A DNA stretch of 62,378 bases, taken from IMG/VR virus record IMGVR_UViG_3300044723_005436, positions 1 through 62,378 of that record, one strand, 5' to 3'. Position 1 is the stretch's first letter. Each line of letters opens with the position of its first letter. This document shows positions 58,105-62,378 of this stretch, one piece after another. The stretch is from a virus. Taxonomy: Duplodnaviria > Caudoviricetes. The notes under the pieces are model-generated. The model ran no database searches. It was not told where the DNA came from and was given only the letters and a program-made list of their open reading frames with translations. A program made the translations under genes and the position numbers.

Positions 58105-58811
58105 TATTAACTGTTACAGAAGTAGAACACTATACGGATCGATTGTTTCGTATACGCACAGAAAGACCACGAAGTTTTCGCTTTACAGCAGGCGAGTTCA
58201 CAATGATTGGACTGCCTGGCACGAACATCACCAGGGCATATAGTTTCACCTCTGGCCCTGGTGATGACTACCTAGAGTTTTACAGCATTAAAGTTGAGGA
58301 CGGTCCTCTTACCAGCGAGTTACAGCATATTCAAGTAGGCGACAGTTTAGAAGTCAACGAACGCACAACTGGTACACTAACACTTGCTAACATTGAACTG
58401 GGTGGTGATTTATGGTTGCTTGCAACTGGCACTGGTATTGCACCTTTTATTAGTATACTCAGAGATCCCAGCACATATGATTGTTTTGAAAACATACATG
58501 TTGCATGGAGTGTGCGCACCAAAGAAGAACTTGTTAGTTACAGCGACTTTTTAACAGAGATGCCCGTTAACTTTACGCCTATTGTTACACAGGACAAGTC
58601 TTGGGCAGGACTTAATAAACGCATTACAGTTAAGATGGGTGCTGGCATGCTACTACCAGAACTTGATCCCTGCAAGCACAAAGTAATGATCTGCGGAAGT
58701 TTAGACTTTAATAACAGTGTAAAAGAAATGTTAGTTGCCTGGGGCTGGGAAGAAGGCAGTAAACGCACTGCAGGATCGTTTGTGCAAGAGAAAGCATTTG
58801 TTGAAAAATGA
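58101..58811 (+). CDS. fpr: Ferredoxin/flavodoxin-NADP+ reductase
   Basis: 'FTAGEF', 'RAYS', 'GPLTS', 'ATGTGIAPF', 'MICGS', C-terminal 'EKAF'. Confidence 0.88.
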   Translation: MILTVTEVEHYTDRLFRIRTERPRSFRFTAGEFTMIGLPGTNITRAYSFTSGPGDDYLEFYSIKVEDGPLTSELQHIQVGDSLEVNERTTGTLTLANIELGGDLWLLATGTGIAPFISILRDPSTYDCFENIHVAWSVRTKEELVSYSDFLTEMPVNFTPIVTQDKSWAGLNKRITVKMGAGMLLPELDPCKHKVMICGSLDFNNSVKEMLVAWGWEEGSKRTAGSFVQEKAFVEK

Positions 58812-59530
58812 GTACACTTTACACATATGGTTGTAGTTTTACAGACTATCATTGGGATACTTGGGCAGACCATATGGGAAAAAACTTTGACAAGTTTATA
58901 AACTATGGTCAAGTTGGCGCCGGAAATCAGTACATACTTCATAAACTAACTGAAAGTCATGCTAGAAATGAAATATCTAGCACAGACACAGTTGCGATTA
59001 TGTGGTCCACTAGTGACAGATACGATTACATTGAAAAAAACAAATGGATAACCACTGGCAGTATAGATAGAAAATATGATCTAGTAGGATTTGAAATAAG
59101 AGATTGTGCATTTATTCACACTGCTAAAACTATCTTGAATAGTATTGGATGTAGATATGTGTTTTTTAGCCTAGACGATATATATCCTCATGATCCATTT
59201 GAGGAAACAATAAACACAATATTGTCTAGCACAATGGAGGTATTGTATAAAGGCGATTACTATAATCGTGTAGAAGATTTAAGACCCGCTCCGGGCACTT
59301 ATGAAATACACGCAGGCGCAGATTGGCCCACTAAGGAACAATTTGCTACAGGAAATTTGCCTTATATACTTCCGGAAATAAAACAAGAAATTTGTGAAAG
59401 ATTTCGTGCAAAAAACTTTCAAGAAGTTGTTGATAAAAAAATGTGGATGTGTCCGGATTTTCATCCAACTCCTGAGATGCATCTAGAATACTTAGATGCT
59501 GTATTACCAGACTGGCGAACATGGCATTAG
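58808..59530 (+). CDS. SGNH-like protein
   Basis: 'YGCSFT', 'NYGQVGAGN', 'IMWS', C-terminal 'DFHPTPEMH'. Confidence 0.6.
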   Translation: MSTLYTYGCSFTDYHWDTWADHMGKNFDKFINYGQVGAGNQYILHKLTESHARNEISSTDTVAIMWSTSDRYDYIEKNKWITTGSIDRKYDLVGFEIRDCAFIHTAKTILNSIGCRYVFFSLDDIYPHDPFEETINTILSSTMEVLYKGDYYNRVEDLRPAPGTYEIHAGADWPTKEQFATGNLPYILPEIKQEICERFRAKNFQEVVDKKMWMCPDFHPTPEMHLEYLDAVLPDWRTWH

Positions 59531-59688
59531 AAAAAGAAACATTCACAGTTGATGAACCTTGCACACTAAGTTGTCCAGACAAATCGCATCCTCTGTTCAC
59601 AGTAAAAATAACAGTAGACAAACCTTGGGCAGTATGCTATTATTGTAGTAAGGTATGGGTATTAAACAATGGCAATTCTAGGACTTAG
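59521..59688 (+). CDS. Small zinc-finger protein (zf-CHCC-like), 55 aa, not in ORF track
   Basis: MALEKETFTVDEPCTLSCPDKSHPLFTVKITVDKPWAVCYYCSKVWVLNNGNSRT*; C..HP..CxYC spacing; fills the gap and overlaps both neighbours. Confidence 0.6.
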   Translation: MALEKETFTVDEPCTLSCPDKSHPLFTVKITVDKPWAVCYYCSKVWVLNNGNSRT

Positions 59689-61156
59689 CGCAGGGTTTCA
59701 CGACGCTGGCGCAACACTAATCAGTAATCAAGGCAAAGTACTATTTGCAGGTCATGCGGAGCGTTACAGTGGCATTAAGAATGATGCTAACTTAAATGAC
59801 GAGCTTATTGAAGATGCATGTAGATATGGTGAGCCTCATCATATAGCGTGGTATGAAAACCATTGGCTCAAACGCACACGACAGTTATACAGTGGCGAAT
59901 GGCGCAAAGCACTGGACTTTAGCACAACACCCCAACGCATTGCACGGCGTCATCGTCTTTGGGCACCTATCACAAGTTATGGACATCATCAGTGCCACGC
60001 TGCAGCAGGTTTTCAGACTAGTCCTTTCGACAAAGCAAAAGTTTTTGTAGTAGATGCTATTGGTGAATGGGATACCATAAGTGTATGGGAGGCTTGGTAT
60101 GAGCCACAGCGACTTGGCAAAGGCATTGCATGTTATAAAAAGATCTGGAGTCAGCAGTATCCTCACAGTATCGGACTCTACTACAGTGCAGTAACCAAGT
60201 ATGTTGGCTTAAAGCCCATGGAAGATGAATACATTTTAATGGGCATGGCAGCATATGGCAAAAGTTATGTAACTGCATACCAGGAAAATCTAAAACTAGT
60301 TGAAGATGATAGAAGGATAACATTTAAAGATAACTTGCACACAGGCATTGATGAGGATCATTTTGCAGGCACAGGCTTAAATGAATATGATGTTGCAGCA
60401 GGCGCACAAAAAGTTACAGAACAACTGCTACGCAACCTATTTCAAAAGCATTGTACATTTGCAGACAATGTAGTGTTCATGGGCGGCGTTGCACTTAACT
60501 GTGTAGCAAACAGTATGCTCAGTGGATACTGTCGCAACTTGTGGATAATGCCTAACCCAGGAGATTGTGGTTCAAGTTTAGGTGCTGCAGCATTGATGTA
60601 TGGTAAGAAACTACAATGGAACGGTCCTTACCTGGGACATGACATGGGCGGCGAGTATCCTGTTGACGCAGTTATTGGCGAACTAATGAGCAAAAAGATC
60701 GTGGGTGTAGCAACAGGTCGTGCAGAGTTTGGACCAAGAGCATTGGGCACTCGCAGTTTGCTTGCAGATCCCAGAGGTGAAGATATTAAAGATAGAGTAA
60801 ATGAAATAAAGCGCCGCCAAAAGTTCCGTCCTTTTGCGCCAATGGTATTAGAAGAACATGCTGAGGATATTTTTAACATGCATGGCGGCACTAATCCATA
60901 TATGCAGGGTGTTTACTATGTAAAGAATCCAGAACTATATCCTGCTATTTGTCATGCTGATGGAACTGCTCGTGTGCAAACAGTGGGCAAGAACGATCAT
61001 CCAGGTGTAAGAGCGTTGCTTGAGAAGTGGTACTTTATGACAGGCTGTCCTCTGCTACTGAACACAAGTCTAAATATCAAAGGCGAACCAATGGTAAACA
61101 ATCGTGCTGACGCAGATAGATTTGAAGAACGTTATGGTGTTAAGGTATGCAGTTAG
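59669..61156 (+). CDS. Carbamoyltransferase, NodU/CmcH/TobZ family
   Basis: 'HDAG', 'HHQCHAA', 'DAIGE', 'GGVALNC', 'EFGPRALG', 'FRPFAP', 'DGTARVQTV', 'LNTSLN..GEP'. Confidence 0.92.
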   Translation: MAILGLSAGFHDAGATLISNQGKVLFAGHAERYSGIKNDANLNDELIEDACRYGEPHHIAWYENHWLKRTRQLYSGEWRKALDFSTTPQRIARRHRLWAPITSYGHHQCHAAAGFQTSPFDKAKVFVVDAIGEWDTISVWEAWYEPQRLGKGIACYKKIWSQQYPHSIGLYYSAVTKYVGLKPMEDEYILMGMAAYGKSYVTAYQENLKLVEDDRRITFKDNLHTGIDEDHFAGTGLNEYDVAAGAQKVTEQLLRNLFQKHCTFADNVVFMGGVALNCVANSMLSGYCRNLWIMPNPGDCGSSLGAAALMYGKKLQWNGPYLGHDMGGEYPVDAVIGELMSKKIVGVATGRAEFGPRALGTRSLLADPRGEDIKDRVNEIKRRQKFRPFAPMVLEEHAEDIFNMHGGTNPYMQGVYYVKNPELYPAICHADGTARVQTVGKNDHPGVRALLEKWYFMTGCPLLLNTSLNIKGEPMVNNRADADRFEERYGVKVCS

Positions 61157-61446
61157 AAGAACAAGTAATTGCTGCATTACGCGAAGTATATGATCCTGAG
61201 ATAAGCATTAATGTTTATGATCTTGGATTAATATATAACCTTGACGTTAAAGGTGATCATGTACATGTACAGCACACACTAACAAGTATGATGTGTCCGT
61301 TTGCAGATCAAATCTGCCAGGACATTACTGATGCAGTAAAAGGTGTTGACGGTGTCGCAACTGTGGAACGAGAACTTGTTTGGGATCCACCATTTAGTAT
61401 GGATATGATTCCAGAAGAAACTAAGTTTGCGTTAGGCTGGGATTAA
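61147..61446 (+). CDS. DUF59/SufT (MIP18/PaaD-like) Fe-S cluster maturation protein
   Basis: 'LREVYDPEISINVYDLGLIY', 'TLTS..CP', 'LVWDPPFS'. Confidence 0.88.
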   Translation: MQLEEQVIAALREVYDPEISINVYDLGLIYNLDVKGDHVHVQHTLTSMMCPFADQICQDITDAVKGVDGVATVERELVWDPPFSMDMIPEETKFALGWD

Positions 61447-62096
61447 TGAAAGATCTACTGCTAGTATTTTCTCCTGGTGCCAGGGGAAATTTTTTAAATT
61501 CTTTTTTAACTGACTCTATTAGCGAATCTGCTTTTGAATTTCATAATGCAACATATATTCATGCATGGCAACTAGGTATAGAAAATAATGACATTGTCCG
61601 ATATATGCATAAAGATCTTAGTAAGCATTATATTCATGATAACTGTTTTATCCAAGAAAGATTTAACCAAACACAATATCTTAGTATTTTTATTGATTTA
61701 GATAGAAAAAAACTAGACAGGTGGTTGTATCTTTTTTATAAAAAAAACATAGTAGTACAAGATAGTTCATTTAGTAATTTATTGGAAGAGCATACATTTG
61801 ATAAGTTATATAGAGCAATACATTATGAACTAACTCTTTGTAAAAATATTGATCATAACATATTTGATTATGTTGTGCCGTTTAGTAAACTATATGATTG
61901 GGACTATCTTAATGATCTTAAATTTAAGATTAGTGGAACTCATTCGAATAAAAAAGAAATAGTAGATAAAACAAACTATTTAAATGATGTTGATGATATA
62001 CATTTTAAAACAATTGTTGATATGGCAACTAGTATAGATCCGGATGAAATTTTGCCTTATAAACTTTACGATAGATATTTAGAAATAGTAAAATAA
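61446..62096 (+). CDS. Hypothetical protein, weakly sulfotransferase/P-loop-like
   Basis: N-terminal 'FSPGARGNFL' resembles ORF 45736; very AT-rich. Confidence 0.35.
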   Translation: MKDLLLVFSPGARGNFLNSFLTDSISESAFEFHNATYIHAWQLGIENNDIVRYMHKDLSKHYIHDNCFIQERFNQTQYLSIFIDLDRKKLDRWLYLFYKKNIVVQDSSFSNLLEEHTFDKLYRAIHYELTLCKNIDHNIFDYVVPFSKLYDWDYLNDLKFKISGTHSNKKEIVDKTNYLNDVDDIHFKTIVDMATSIDPDEILPYKLYDRYLEIVK

Positions 62097-62378
62097 TGTT
62101 TGACATTTACTGTATGCAAATGGGCGGTGAAACTACACTGCCTGCACACACAAAATACACACGATATAATAACACGCACCTAGCAACTATTAAACGCATA
62201 GTTGAAAAGGCCCGTACAGAATATGTATGGGTTGTTAGTGACCTGTGCGATTATACGGATTTTGATTTTACTTGGCAACCTGTGCCTTGGGAAGCAACAC
62301 AAATCCATTGTTGGGCAAGCGGTGATTGTCAGTTCGGCGATACTTTCCTAGTACCTGTAGCAGCGTTTAAGCGTCAAG
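62096..62378 (+). CDS. Partial ORF truncated by the window end, possibly glycosyltransferase-related
   Basis: TAATG-coupled start, open to the end: MFDIYCMQ...TEYVWVVSDLCDYTDFDFTWQPVPWE... Confidence 0.55.
   Translation, partial: MFDIYCMQMGGETTLPAHTKYTRYNNTHLATIKRIVEKARTEYVWVVSDLCDYTDFDFTWQPVPWEATQIHCWASGDCQFGDTFLVPVAAFKRQ

Noticed and set aside
1-62378. Stop-codon reassignment
   Set aside because: Standard code gives near-complete coding density, a 13-kb intact ORF, and TAA, TAG and TGA all used at gene ends
40422-62378. Bacterial chromosomal LPS/secondary-metabolite locus (prophage boundary or chimera)
   Set aside because: Same compact overlapping style as the phage genes, a radical SAM paralog sits inside the phage gp47-gp46 core, and no transporters, flippases or att/integrase are seen; a misassembly cannot be fully excluded without reads

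Overview
A 62.4-kb fragment of a large T4-like (myovirus/jumbo-type) phage genome, probably aquatic. There are no tRNA, rRNA, CRISPR or integrase signals. It has four blocks. (1) 63-1186 (+): a gp26-like baseplate-hub chaperone that appears to continue through a -1 slippery site into a start-less gp51-like frame. (2) 1187-9844 (-): a block with host-sigma70-type promoters. It holds late sigma factor gp55, Mre11/Rad50-like gp47/gp46 split by a radical SAM gene, a B12-radical SAM, a 2OG-Fe(II) oxygenase, an unannotated Hc1-like basic protein and a GIY-YIG nuclease, which is followed directly by a ~400-nt highly structured non-coding element. (3) 9924-40360 (+): a late structural operon with baseplate genes (gp53, hub, gp5-like, gp25, gp6), a 4449-aa giant wedge protein and tail fibres. 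(4) 40422-end (+): a tightly coupled ~22-kb tailoring cluster. It encodes glycosyltransferases, five paralogous radical SAM enzymes with N-terminal auxiliary-cluster motifs, epimerases, SGNH proteins, an APS-kinase-like/nucleotidyltransferase pair, a carbamoyltransferase, ferredoxin-NADP reductase and a DUF59 Fe-S factor. The best candidates for undescribed systems are the GIY-YIG-linked structured RNA, the radical-SAM/glycosylation cluster with its own Fe-S and redox support, and the gp26/gp51 frameshift. All assignments come from reading motifs by eye; no database searches were run.
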